Shown here piece after piece: positions 20,491-30,152 of a stretch of DNA of 64,000 nt; position 1 is the first letter of the stretch; the number at the start of each line of letters is the position of its first letter. The DNA comes from Promethearchaeota archaeon (GTDB taxonomy: Archaea > Asgardarchaeota > Lokiarchaeia > Sigyniarchaeales > SOKP01), in NCBI GenBank assembly GCA_019057795.1, contig JAHLWS010000087.1, positions 1 to 64,000 on the forward strand, written 5' to 3'. Position numbers and translations under genes: made by a program. Below the pieces are notes generated by a model. It searched no databases. It was not told the DNA's origin and worked only from the letters and a program-made list of their open reading frames with translations.

Positions 20491-23235
20491 CTATTTTTTA
20501 TCTAAATATTTTTCTTGGAGATATTTATCAATTCCGTGAGCTGCTCGCTTGCCCGCTCCCATAGCAGAAATTACAGTAGCGGACCCCGTTACGATATCTC
20601 CACCAGCAAATATCTCTTCAATATTGGTTTGAGATTTTTCATCCGTTTCGATGTAGCCCCATTTGGATATTTTCAATTCTGGTATTGATTTAGTTAAGAT
20701 TGGATTTGCTCTTGTTCCTATGCCTATAATGATCGTATCTATATCAATTAGATATTCTGAATTTTCGATTGGAATGGGACGTCTACGCCCAGATTCATCA
20801 GGTTCCCCTAATTCCATTTTAATAACTTCCATTTGTATAAGATCGTCGTTTTCATCTCCAATAAATTTCACTGGATTTGTTAAGAATTGAAAAACAACGC
20901 CTTCTTCTAAAGCGTGGTGATACTCCTCCTTTCTTGCAGGCATCTCTGCTTCGGACCTGCGATAAACAATCATAACCTTTTCAGCACCTAATCGTAAGGC
21001 GGTTCTAGCGGAATCTAAAGCGACATTTCCCCCTCCTAAAACAGTTACAATTTTACCAATTTTAATAGGAGTATCGTATTCAGGAAACTTAAAAGCCTTC
21101 ATTAAATTCGATCGAGTGAGGAATTCGTTAGCAGATAAGACGCCATTTAGGTTTAATCCCGGTACTTTTAAAAATATTGGTAGTCCCGCCCCAACCCCAA
21201 TAAAAAAGGCTTTAAACCCCATATCTTTTAAATCTTCGATCGTTAAAGTTTTACCAATAATTACGTTATATTCAACTTTAACATCTAACATCTTTAAAGT
21301 CTCAATTTCGCTTTTGACTATCTCTTTTGGCAACCTAAACTCTGGAATTCCGTAAGTTAATACGCCTCCACCAGCATGGAACGCTTCAAATATAGTGACA
21401 TCGTAGCCATTCATCGCAAGCTCTCCAGCACAAGCTAAACCCGCCGGTCCAGAACCTATAACTGCAACTTTAATACCTTTAGGAGCTGCACATTCGGGAC
21501 ACTCTTTAAGATTTTCTTCTCTTTCCCAGTCTGCGATGAATCTTTCCATATAGCCTATTGCAATTGGTTCTCCAAGACCACTTAATAAACAATATTTTTC
21601 ACATTGAGATTCTTGCGGACAAACTCTTCCACAAATAGCTGGCAATAAATTATATGATTTTATTTCGTATAGAGCTCCAATGTATTTTTCTTGCTTCAAT
21701 AATTTTATAAATTGAGGAATTCTTATGTTAACGGGGCATCCAGTAACACAGAGCGGGTCTCCACACTGTAAGCATCTATGTGATTCTAACTTGACCATAT
21801 CAATCGTCAATCCCTTAGGAACCTCTTCAAAGTTATTTTTCCTAATATTGGGGTCTTGCTCAATCATCTTTGGGCGATGATATTCTTCAAACTTCTTTAA
21901 TTTAGATTTTGCTATTCTACTTAGAGATTCAAAACTTTTACTATCTTCTTTAATCTCTTTCTTAACGATCATATTAAGATCCAAAGCTTTTTGAAAGAAT
22001 TCAGCACCCGTTTTAGTTCGTATAAATACCGTTGACCAGCCAGGATCAGAACCAATAGATCCTACGGAAATATCAGCGTGTATCGATGTCAAATCGTCGC
22101 AAAAAAAGCAACCTGACCGACCATACTTTTTAATTTTTTTTATTGGAACATCAAAAACAGAACCGTTATGATCGTAGATTATAAAACGCCCTTTATTAAT
22201 ATCCATTTTTTTAACATCAGCAGGAGTAGATTTAAACTCAGTTTTTAAAAGTTCAACAATTTTTATGTAATCAAACGATTCCATGCAGAGCAATCCGATC
22301 TTTAAAGCAATCTTTTCACAAAATGGTCTATTAAACGGAAAAAATGAAATTTTTTTAAGCGCTTTCATGATACAAGGCGTACCCACTACTGCAAATTTAT
22401 CGTGATCCCTACAGCCCTGAAATATTTTTAAAATAGGAGCATTTGTATATTTTGTCCCTGCTGTATGTAGGAGTGCATCTTCATCTTCAATTAAATGTGG
22501 TAACGGTTTTAGAGGTTCTTCCCCCTCAGTTACAGCTAGAGCACCGTCGATTAATTTTTGTTGAAACGCCATTTTCAGCAGCGTAGTCACAATTCCTCCA
22601 TCTTGAGCAACTGGAGTTATTCTTTCATCAGTTGTTTGAGCAGTACAAATTTCCCGATAATAATTGAATTGCTCTAAAAAGTTAATATCAGGATCATCGT
22701 TTTTTTCTGGTACCTCTAAAACCTTCGGAAAGAATGCTCGTGGACAGCAAGTATAACATAACCCGCAATCAATGCACATTTCTTCGTCAAAATCAAATGT
22801 CTCCTCAGAATAGTCTATTGCTCCAACTGGACAAATGGAAGCACATAACCCGCAACCACTGCACAGATTTTTGTCTTTAATTATTTTTACATTAGGAAAA
22901 ATACCGTTTTGTTTAGAAATTTCTACTACATCTTGAAAAAACCTTGGTTTCTCCCCAATAAAACCTAAAAAGCCTAGCTCTTTTAGATACTCAATATTGC
23001 ATAACAGATTTTTTTCTGATAATTGTAGTTCTTTTTTCAATTTAGGAATATCAATAGAGCCATATTCTTCTATCTTTTCTAGAATTCCTTGTCTGGAACG
23101 CTCTACATCGGTTAATTCGCTAATTAAATCTCCAAATTCTGCCTCGTTATATTTTTCTGACTTCAGAATCTTTTCTTTATTTGTAAGTAATATTTTAACT
23201 AAAGATCTTTGCTTTTCCATTTTAAGACACCTCAC
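20491..23235 (-). CDS. Fusion of wHTH-like N-terminus, 2x[4Fe-4S], FrhB-like F420-binding domain and NfnB/SudA/GltD-like NADPH flavoprotein
   Basis: CSGCGLCASICP and CIDCGLCYTCCP; FrhB motifs AQDGGIVT, AGTKY, VGTPC, IGLLCMESF, GCFFCDD..ADISVGSIGS; NfnB motifs RCLQC..CVTGCP, CGRVCPQESQCE, IGSGPAG, GGGNVA, YRR, FAGGDIVTGSATV. Confidence 0.9.
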   Translation of the reverse strand: MRCLKMEKQRSLVKILLTNKEKILKSEKYNEAEFGDLISELTDVERSRQGILEKIEEYGSIDIPKLKKELQLSEKNLLCNIEYLKELGFLGFIGEKPRFFQDVVEISKQNGIFPNVKIIKDKNLCSGCGLCASICPVGAIDYSEETFDFDEEMCIDCGLCYTCCPRAFFPKVLEVPEKNDDPDINFLEQFNYYREICTAQTTDERITPVAQDGGIVTTLLKMAFQQKLIDGALAVTEGEEPLKPLPHLIEDEDALLHTAGTKYTNAPILKIFQGCRDHDKFAVVGTPCIMKALKKISFFPFNRPFCEKIALKIGLLCMESFDYIKIVELLKTEFKSTPADVKKMDINKGRFIIYDHNGSVFDVPIKKIKKYGRSGCFFCDDLTSIHADISVGSIGSDPGWSTVFIRTKTGAEFFQKALDLNMIVKKEIKEDSKSFESLSRIAKSKLKKFEEYHRPKMIEQDPNIRKNNFEEVPKGLTIDMVKLESHRCLQCGDPLCVTGCPVNIRIPQFIKLLKQEKYIGALYEIKSYNLLPAICGRVCPQESQCEKYCLLSGLGEPIAIGYMERFIADWEREENLKECPECAAPKGIKVAVIGSGPAGLACAGELAMNGYDVTIFEAFHAGGGVLTYGIPEFRLPKEIVKSEIETLKMLDVKVEYNVIIGKTLTIEDLKDMGFKAFFIGVGAGLPIFLKVPGLNLNGVLSANEFLTRSNLMKAFKFPEYDTPIKIGKIVTVLGGGNVALDSARTALRLGAEKVMIVYRRSEAEMPARKEEYHHALEEGVVFQFLTNPVKFIGDENDDLIQMEVIKMELGEPDESGRRRPIPIENSEYLIDIDTIIIGIGTRANPILTKSIPELKISKWGYIETDEKSQTNIEEIFAGGDIVTGSATVISAMGAGKRAAHGIDKYLQEKYLDKK

Positions 23236-24106
23236 TCCTATGTCTTTTTAAAGCTCTACATTCTTCGTCGTAACATTCTAAGGATTCCTTCTCTTGATCA
23301 ATAAATCTATTAGCGCGTTTCAATAGATTATCAAAATCTACGATATGACCATCGACATCAGGGCCGTCAACACACGCAAATTGAACGCCTCCGTCAAGCG
23401 TTGAAAAGCGGCAACCACCACACATTCCAGTTCCGTCAATCATAATTGTGTTTAGGGAGACAAATGTTTTTACTTTAGGTAAATCACTAGACCCTTTAGT
23501 TGTAAGAGCAACAAATTTCATCATTATTAAAGGTCCAATTGCGATAACAATGCTTATTTTTTCTCTTTTCATTATTTCTGAAAGTGGTACAGTGACAACT
23601 CCTTTAGTTCCCTCGCTTCCGTCATCTGTACAAATAATTACTTCATCGCTTACTGAACTCATTTTTTCTTTCCAAAACAATAATCCGGTATTTCTAGCAC
23701 CTAATATCGAAATAACTTTATTTCCTGCTTCCTTTAATTCTTTTGCCTGAGGATAAATTGGTGCAATTCCAATCCCACCTCCAATTATCACTACGGGATA
23801 TTCGTACTTTTTAACATGAATTTTATTTCCTAAAGGCCCCACTACATCAAGTATCGTATGCCCTACTTCTAAATGTGAGAGCAATTTCGTGCTTTTTCCA
23901 ACAACTTGAAATACTATAGTTATCGTTTCTTTCTCTCGATCGTAATCTGCAATGGTTAATGGAAAACGTTCGCCAGTTTCATTGATTCTTAGTAATATAA
24001 AATTTCCCGCAAATGCTTTTTTAGCGATTAAAGGAGTAGAAATTATCATTTCAAACACAATACCGCTAGTCCCAAGTTCGTTTTTTTCTAAAATTTCAAA
24101 TGGCAA
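23222..24106 (-). CDS. nfnA: NfnA/SudB-like FAD/NAD-binding [2Fe-2S] subunit
   Basis: GERFPLTIAD, GPLG, GGGIGIAP, DDGS, DGTGMCGGC...ACVDGP. It overlaps the downstream NfnB fusion. Confidence 0.9.
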   Translation of the reverse strand: MPFEILEKNELGTSGIVFEMIISTPLIAKKAFAGNFILLRINETGERFPLTIADYDREKETITIVFQVVGKSTKLLSHLEVGHTILDVVGPLGNKIHVKKYEYPVVIIGGGIGIAPIYPQAKELKEAGNKVISILGARNTGLLFWKEKMSSVSDEVIICTDDGSEGTKGVVTVPLSEIMKREKISIVIAIGPLIMMKFVALTTKGSSDLPKVKTFVSLNTIMIDGTGMCGGCRFSTLDGGVQFACVDGPDVDGHIVDFDNLLKRANRFIDQEKESLECYDEECRALKRHRSEVS

Positions 24107-24598
24107 TTTATTATCACTAAATTTAATATTATAAGTTTATAATCTCTTCTTATAGGATTTAAAATCAATTAGATATTTTTAAATTAATGATTATTAATAA
24201 GAAGAAGTCAAAAGTTCAAAATCGATAATATAAAGAAAAAGTATATTAAAATGTTGATGATGGTTGGTATAGACTCTGAAGAAGTTTCCCAACTTAGTAT
24301 GATCGTTTCCATTAGTGATTTACTCAATATTTTGAAAAATCTGAATCTTCTACAGCACATTTAGATAATAAGAATTAAAAAAGATCATAGAAAAAAAGAA
24401 TTAATTATTAAATTTCATCATATAGCAATTTAAAAAAGCTTGATAAGAAAAATTATGATAATTCTATTTTTGATAATAACAATTATTCTTGTCAAATGAG
24501 ATAAAAATCTGTTTATCCGAATATTTATATATTTCTGTCCAGAATTGTTCTATGGTAAGAAATTAAATTAATCTTAATTACTTAAATGCGTTAATTCA

Positions 24599-25228
24599 AT
24601 GGAAGTTTTAGAGTTTCATCCTATAAAAAATAAAACGGTTAATGTCTATTTAATAAGAAGAGAAGACAGAGATTTATTAAGTTTACATAATAGTAATTTA
24701 GAAAAAATCATAGAAGCAGAAAAATTTAAGTTTGCAATTGTTGATTTTAACGATCCTGAGGTTAAAAAATATTATCAGACTCCTTTATCAGAGTTTATAG
24801 AGAAATTCCATTTGCCTTATTACGAAGTTGAAATCCCTGAAAGTATTAAATCTTATTTTTATGTTGAGCTTTTAGACTTGGAAGTACAGATAGAAGAATT
24901 AGAGGGAGAATATGAAAAACTTCTTTTGAATAATCAAAAAGATACATTTAAAGCTCAGAGCTTAAACTCCTGGATATATTTGTTAAAAGATAAAGTGGAA
25001 TATACTAAAAACCTATTAGAATATACCATAAAACCAAAATGGATTGTAAAAAAAATATTAGATGTTGTAAATAACATCAAAAATGATAATTTATCTATAA
25101 TCCATTTTGCTCATGAAGATTTAATTTCTGAACTGAAAAAATTATTTGAAGAATATAATATCAAAGTCATAAAATATGATATTCGAGAAGAGAAATTAAA
25201 ATCAATCGTAATGTTAAAGGAGGGATGA
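24599..25228 (+). CDS. Hypothetical protein, paralogous to the N-terminal domain of the next gene
   Basis: Shared blocks LPYYEVEIPE / IPYEFVDIPD and WIYLLKD / WKQLLKD. ATGA overlap with the next gene. Confidence 0.7.
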   Translation: MEVLEFHPIKNKTVNVYLIRREDRDLLSLHNSNLEKIIEAEKFKFAIVDFNDPEVKKYYQTPLSEFIEKFHLPYYEVEIPESIKSYFYVELLDLEVQIEELEGEYEKLLLNNQKDTFKAQSLNSWIYLLKDKVEYTKNLLEYTIKPKWIVKKILDVVNNIKNDNLSIIHFAHEDLISELKKLFEEYNIKVIKYDIREEKLKSIVMLKEG

Positions 25229-26895
25229 AAATAATGCAAGTTTTAGAATTAAAACGATTAAAAGAAAAAAAACTTAAATTAATATTAGTTGAGAGTGAAT
25301 TTAGGATAGATTGGGCTTTAGAATTACCAAAAGAAGAAGGAATACTGGGTAATTTATTTTTTGTTTCTAGGGCGTACATAGAATTTATTAAAGATTTAGT
25401 GAACAAATACCACCCTAATTTCGTAGTAGAAGATAAAGGAATGCGCTCAAGTGAAGAACCATCTATTGATGATGAATTTGGAGCGATTTTTCTAAATGCA
25501 GATATCCCATATGAATTTGTGGATATTCCGGATTATGCATTAAATGTAATTTCAGCACCACTAATGGATAAGAAAGGTTTTATAAAAAAAATCACAGAAG
25601 AGATTGAAAGTTATAAAAAAATGGGTCGTGTACATTATAACGATCCTAATTTTCAACAGTTAATTATTTGGAAACAATTATTAAAAGATGATTTCAAAGC
25701 ACAAGAAGATGAAATAAGATATAAAGTCCGTGAAGCTTGGATGATGATGACTATCTTAGAATTAGCCAAAAAACAAGAAAAAAACCAATTAAAAGCATTT
25801 TTTATTACTGATAAAAGTCATTTTGATGGTATCACATTTTTAGCTAAAGAATTGGATATAGGAATTGAAATAATTAATCTTAAGAAAGTTACAGAATATC
25901 CTGATGAAGAAACATCGATTAATGACTTATTGAATAGATCTATACTTGAAATAATGCCTATAAAAGTTATAAAAAAAGAAAAAGAAGAAAGAATTTTATA
26001 CTTTTTTGATACGGATGAGTATTGTTCTCCTTTTGATACAAATATGGGCTATGATGCGGGATTTGATATAGTAATACCATATTCTAGAATGAAAGCAGAC
26101 AGTGTCTCAAGGCTAGTTCAAGATGCTATGTTCTCTCGAAAAGCGGGAGCTTCTTCAGTTTATTTTGTTGGTGGTTCTGATGTTATAGAAAGTGAAAAAA
26201 TTGCGGAGGAAGTTTTGAAAACAATTATTCCTCCATTTGAATCTCCTGTAATTATAGATCCACGTGGTTCTCATACAACAGCTTCAGCAATAGTTGCAAA
26301 AACACTAGAGGTTGCAAGAAAACATGGATTTTCAGATTTATCAGGTAAAAAGATAATTTGTTTAGGAGGAACTGGCCCTGTAGGGCAAATTTCCGCTCTA
26401 ATTGCTTCAAAACTTAAAGCAAAAGTAGTCATTACTTCAAGAAGAGAACAATTCGTAAAAGAATTGGCAAAAGATTTGACTAAGAAGGCAGGAAGAGGTG
26501 CCACTAAGATTATAGGAGAGCCCGCAAATTCAGATGAACAATATCTGAAAATAGTGAAGGACGCAGATATAATATGGTCTGTTGGTAAAGCAGGAGTCCA
26601 AATAATCTCAAATAAATTAATGAACCAACTACCTCCAAATAAAATTGTCGTAGATATTAACTTGGTTCCCCCCTATGGAATAGAAGGAATGAAACCAGAC
26701 TATTATAATACGGAGTTCTATCCGGGTATTTATGCGATAGGTGCTCTTAACATAGGACGATTAAAATACAAAATTGAGAGGGAAATCTTTAAGAAAGCTT
26801 TAAAGACAAAAGGTAAAAAAGTCTTTGATTATAATATTGCTTTTGAAATTGCTAATAAGATAGTATTTGGCGAGGAAATAAAAATCTTAGTTTAA
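25225..26895 (+). CDS. NAD(P)-dependent methylene-H4MPT/H4F dehydrogenase (MtdA/MtdB family) with a ~250-aa extra N-terminal domain
   Basis: ILYFFDTDEYCSPFDTNMGYDAG, VQDAMFSR, DPRGSHTTASA, GGTGPVG, DINLVPPYGIEG, IGALNIGRLKYK. Confidence 0.88.
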   Translation: MKIMQVLELKRLKEKKLKLILVESEFRIDWALELPKEEGILGNLFFVSRAYIEFIKDLVNKYHPNFVVEDKGMRSSEEPSIDDEFGAIFLNADIPYEFVDIPDYALNVISAPLMDKKGFIKKITEEIESYKKMGRVHYNDPNFQQLIIWKQLLKDDFKAQEDEIRYKVREAWMMMTILELAKKQEKNQLKAFFITDKSHFDGITFLAKELDIGIEIINLKKVTEYPDEETSINDLLNRSILEIMPIKVIKKEKEERILYFFDTDEYCSPFDTNMGYDAGFDIVIPYSRMKADSVSRLVQDAMFSRKAGASSVYFVGGSDVIESEKIAEEVLKTIIPPFESPVIIDPRGSHTTASAIVAKTLEVARKHGFSDLSGKKIICLGGTGPVGQISALIASKLKAKVVITSRREQFVKELAKDLTKKAGRGATKIIGEPANSDEQYLKIVKDADIIWSVGKAGVQIISNKLMNQLPPNKIVVDINLVPPYGIEGMKPDYYNTEFYPGIYAIGALNIGRLKYKIEREIFKKALKTKGKKVFDYNIAFEIANKIVFGEEIKILV

Positions 26896-27029
26896 AAAGT
26901 ATTTTTGTTTATAAGATTAACTTATTTCTTTTTTTTTTTTAATGTGTTTAGGATTTGCTGATAAAATTTTGGGAAAAAAAGCATTATAGACAAGCGAGAA
27001 TTTATCCTAAATGATATTAAAAATATCAA

Positions 27030-29783
27030 TTAGTTGAGAAACAAGAGTTTACCAATAAAGCTTGTTAGATCCACGACTTTAATTTTGTTTTTTAATTCTT
27101 TCTCTTCGTTCAAATAACAATTAAAGTGGGCTAAACACTTGGGGCAACTAACAATTAGATACTCGGCACCAGTATCGATCGCCTCTTTAATACGGGTAGC
27201 TTGAATCTCTTTTGAGTACTCATTACAACTTATATAAGCGGAAACTCCACAACATAAAGCATCTTTTTTATTACTCTCCATCTCAATTAATTCAATAAAT
27301 GGAATCTTATTTAATACTTCGCGGGGCGCATCGTAAACATTACTCAATCGTCCTAATCTACATGCGTCGTGATATGTAACTCTTATTTTTTCAGAAATTG
27401 GGAATTTAACATCGTCTATTAAGTGTTCCTTTAGGATGTACTCTGTTACGTGATAAATCTCAAAGTTAAACTCGTCAGTTCCTTTAAATAATTTTGGATA
27501 CTCATATTTCCATGTATGATAACCCTCTGCACAACTAAGTATTAATGTTTTTACTCCAGCGTCGTTAAATAACTGAACATTGTGTCTTGCTAACTTTTCA
27601 AATGTATCAGTATCTCCTTGCCATAAACTATCGTGTCCACAACATTTTTCGTTTGAAAGAACTACAGGCACAATTTCTTTTTGGTTTAAAAGACCTATTA
27701 CTACTCTTGGAATCTTAAGGAAATCCAACGCATTATAAAAAGGAACAACGGGTTGTATACCATAACTACAATCTTGTATATTAGATTCATCGCATGAATT
27801 TACGTAAACATCTAATTTTTGATCTGTACTACAACAAATATTGCAATTTAAACACCTACTTGCTTCTTGGATTGCACTTTCTTCCGTGAGAGGTAATTCG
27901 ACCTCATTAAAGCTTCTTAATCTTTCTTGTATAGGCAACAAATCTATACATTCTTTGGGCATTTTACTGGCTTCTTTTTTAGGTATTGGAGCAAGTTTAG
28001 AATATTTTTTAATGACTCTATTTTTTTTTAAACCAACTCCTCTAAGATATCTATCAATAGAAATCGCTGCATTATTTCCATTTCCTATGGCTCTAACAGC
28101 TATCCCTTCGCCTGGGATTACATCTCCCCCTGCAAAAATGTTAGGAACATTAGTTTGCATTGTTAATTCGTCTGTTATAATTCTCCCCCACCGGTCTATT
28201 TCTAATTGGTCATGAGCAGCTTCTAAAAGCGTTAATTCTGTACCTTGTCCAATAGCAAGTAGCAGAAAATCAAGGTTCATTTTAAACTCTGATTCTTCTA
28301 TAGGAATTGGTCTTCTCCGACCAGATTTATCTAATTCGCCAAGCTCCATACGAATGCATTCTATTTCTTTAAGAATTCCTTCTTGATCTCCAATTGCTTT
28401 TATTGGATTTGTTAAAAATTGAAACTCAACATTTTCTTCCTTTGCCATTTCAATTTCTTCTTCTTGAGCGGGCATTTCCTTTTCAGAACGACGATAAATC
28501 ACTACGACTTTCTTAGCACCTAATCTTAAAGCAGTTCTAGCAGAATCCATGGCAACATTTCCTCCACCTACTACGCCTATAATTTTATCTTTGAAATCAA
28601 ATTGTTTTTTTGTTAAATTTTTATCTTTGAGAAAATTTAGACCGCATAAAACGTTCTTAAGGTTCTCTCCTTCCATTTTGAGCCCTAAACAAGTCTGCTG
28701 CCCTATCGAAATAAAAAAGGCTTTATAGCCCTGTTTTTCTAAATTTTTAAAAGATAATTTAGGTCCTACGGGAGTATTTAATTTTATTTCAACTCCCATT
28801 TTTTCGATAAAGTCAATTTCATAATCTAAAATATAGGCAGGTAAACGATATCTTGGAATCCCAGATCGTAAAGTCCCTCCTTTATAAATCTCTGCTTCAA
28901 ACACAGTAGGTTTATAACCTTGTCTCGCTAAAAAATAAGCTGCGGATAACCCTCCAGGACCAGCACCTATTATAGCTACTTTTTCCTTAAATTGCTTAAC
29001 TGGTTTAATACTGGATTTTGCTTTGTTGTTTAATTCCCAATCTGCGATGAATCTCTTTAAAGATCGAATACCAAGAGCTTCATCGATATCTTTGCGATTA
29101 CATTCAAGCGCACAAGGCTCTGTACAAACTCGCGCACATATCATAGGAAAGGGGTTGCTTTCCCTAATTAAATCAATAGCTTCTTGAAATTTACCTTCCG
29201 AAATTAATGAGATATAACCTTGAACATCAACTCCTGCGGGACACGCATTAGAACACGGAGGAATGGAATTCATAAAAGGAAGGCACCCCATAAAATAGGC
29301 GGTTTCCCCTTTGTCTGTAAATTTTAATTTAGTGTAATCTAAAAACCCGAGTTTGTTATCGATACTAACATTGTCATTTGCCATTAATTGAGGTAAACTT
29401 GAATATACTCTATCGTGATGACATTCAAGTTGTTCTGTCTGTAAAATCTCAGATTCGGAAGTAAGAGTGCGGAGACTTTTAATAATTTCTACAAAATCTA
29501 CACCAGTATTATCCTTAAACATAGGACAATACTCCATGCATTGCCCACAAGTTAAGCAGTTCCAAATATTATTGTTTTCTAACGCTTCCTCTAGCGGTAG
29601 GAAAGTCAAATCAGTAATCAATTTTCTTGGAAAAAACGTACCTACAAAACTTGTAGGACATACGTTAACACAACGATTACAATCGTAACAATAATTTGCG
29701 TTGGCTATTACTTTATTAATGACTTCACTATAAATTTTAGACCTTTCTTTTTTAACACTTTCAGTATCTTTAGATTCAGTCAT
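27030..29783 (-). CDS. HdrD-like (HdrC plus two CCG domains) protein with an inserted NfnB/GltD-like FAD/NADPH module
   Basis: CYDCNRCVNVCP, CLTCGQCMEYCP, AYFMGC; insert PPCSNACP...GAGPGG...GGGNVA...YRR...RCLNC; then EKCCG, SCAEG, YHDACRLGR, CCG, SCPKC. Confidence 0.88.
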   Translation of the reverse strand: MTESKDTESVKKERSKIYSEVINKVIANANYCYDCNRCVNVCPTSFVGTFFPRKLITDLTFLPLEEALENNNIWNCLTCGQCMEYCPMFKDNTGVDFVEIIKSLRTLTSESEILQTEQLECHHDRVYSSLPQLMANDNVSIDNKLGFLDYTKLKFTDKGETAYFMGCLPFMNSIPPCSNACPAGVDVQGYISLISEGKFQEAIDLIRESNPFPMICARVCTEPCALECNRKDIDEALGIRSLKRFIADWELNNKAKSSIKPVKQFKEKVAIIGAGPGGLSAAYFLARQGYKPTVFEAEIYKGGTLRSGIPRYRLPAYILDYEIDFIEKMGVEIKLNTPVGPKLSFKNLEKQGYKAFFISIGQQTCLGLKMEGENLKNVLCGLNFLKDKNLTKKQFDFKDKIIGVVGGGNVAMDSARTALRLGAKKVVVIYRRSEKEMPAQEEEIEMAKEENVEFQFLTNPIKAIGDQEGILKEIECIRMELGELDKSGRRRPIPIEESEFKMNLDFLLLAIGQGTELTLLEAAHDQLEIDRWGRIITDELTMQTNVPNIFAGGDVIPGEGIAVRAIGNGNNAAISIDRYLRGVGLKKNRVIKKYSKLAPIPKKEASKMPKECIDLLPIQERLRSFNEVELPLTEESAIQEASRCLNCNICCSTDQKLDVYVNSCDESNIQDCSYGIQPVVPFYNALDFLKIPRVVIGLLNQKEIVPVVLSNEKCCGHDSLWQGDTDTFEKLARHNVQLFNDAGVKTLILSCAEGYHTWKYEYPKLFKGTDEFNFEIYHVTEYILKEHLIDDVKFPISEKIRVTYHDACRLGRLSNVYDAPREVLNKIPFIELIEMESNKKDALCCGVSAYISCNEYSKEIQATRIKEAIDTGAEYLIVSCPKCLAHFNCYLNEEKELKNKIKVVDLTSFIGKLLFLN

Positions 29784-30061
29784 ATTAATTACTTTTCAGT
29801 CTTTAATCTTGTTAAATATAATTTACAGAAATTTATATATACTTTTATTATAGTACAAAAGATATAATTTTCACTATAAGAAGCAAATATGCTATTTCAT
29901 AAATTTCTTTTTGTATAGCTTAATTCTCAAAATTCTAATTTGATTCGATTTCGTTTTAAAATTGGGGAATTTTAAATAAAATAAAAACTAAGTAAAAATT
30001 AATTTTAAAAAAAACATTATTTTTAGAGTGTTTAACATCAGAGGATTAGTTAGTGTAGAAG

Positions 30062-30077
30062 TTGTTCCTATGAACAA
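30062..30077. promoter_or_regulatory. Perfect inverted repeat TTGTTC-ctat-GAACAA in the divergent hdrD/aor intergenic region; candidate operator
   Basis: 6-bp arms with a 4-bp spacer, ~80 bp upstream of aor. Confidence 0.35.
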
Positions 30078-30152
30078 TCAACCTAATAAATAGTAGTTCT
30101 CTATATTAAATATTAACTCTCTATACTAAAAAAAATCAAAAAACAAAATTTA

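Noticed and set aside
24251-24364. 37-codon ORF MLMMVGIDSEEV... upstream of nfnA on the opposite strand
   Set aside because: It has no motif or context support.
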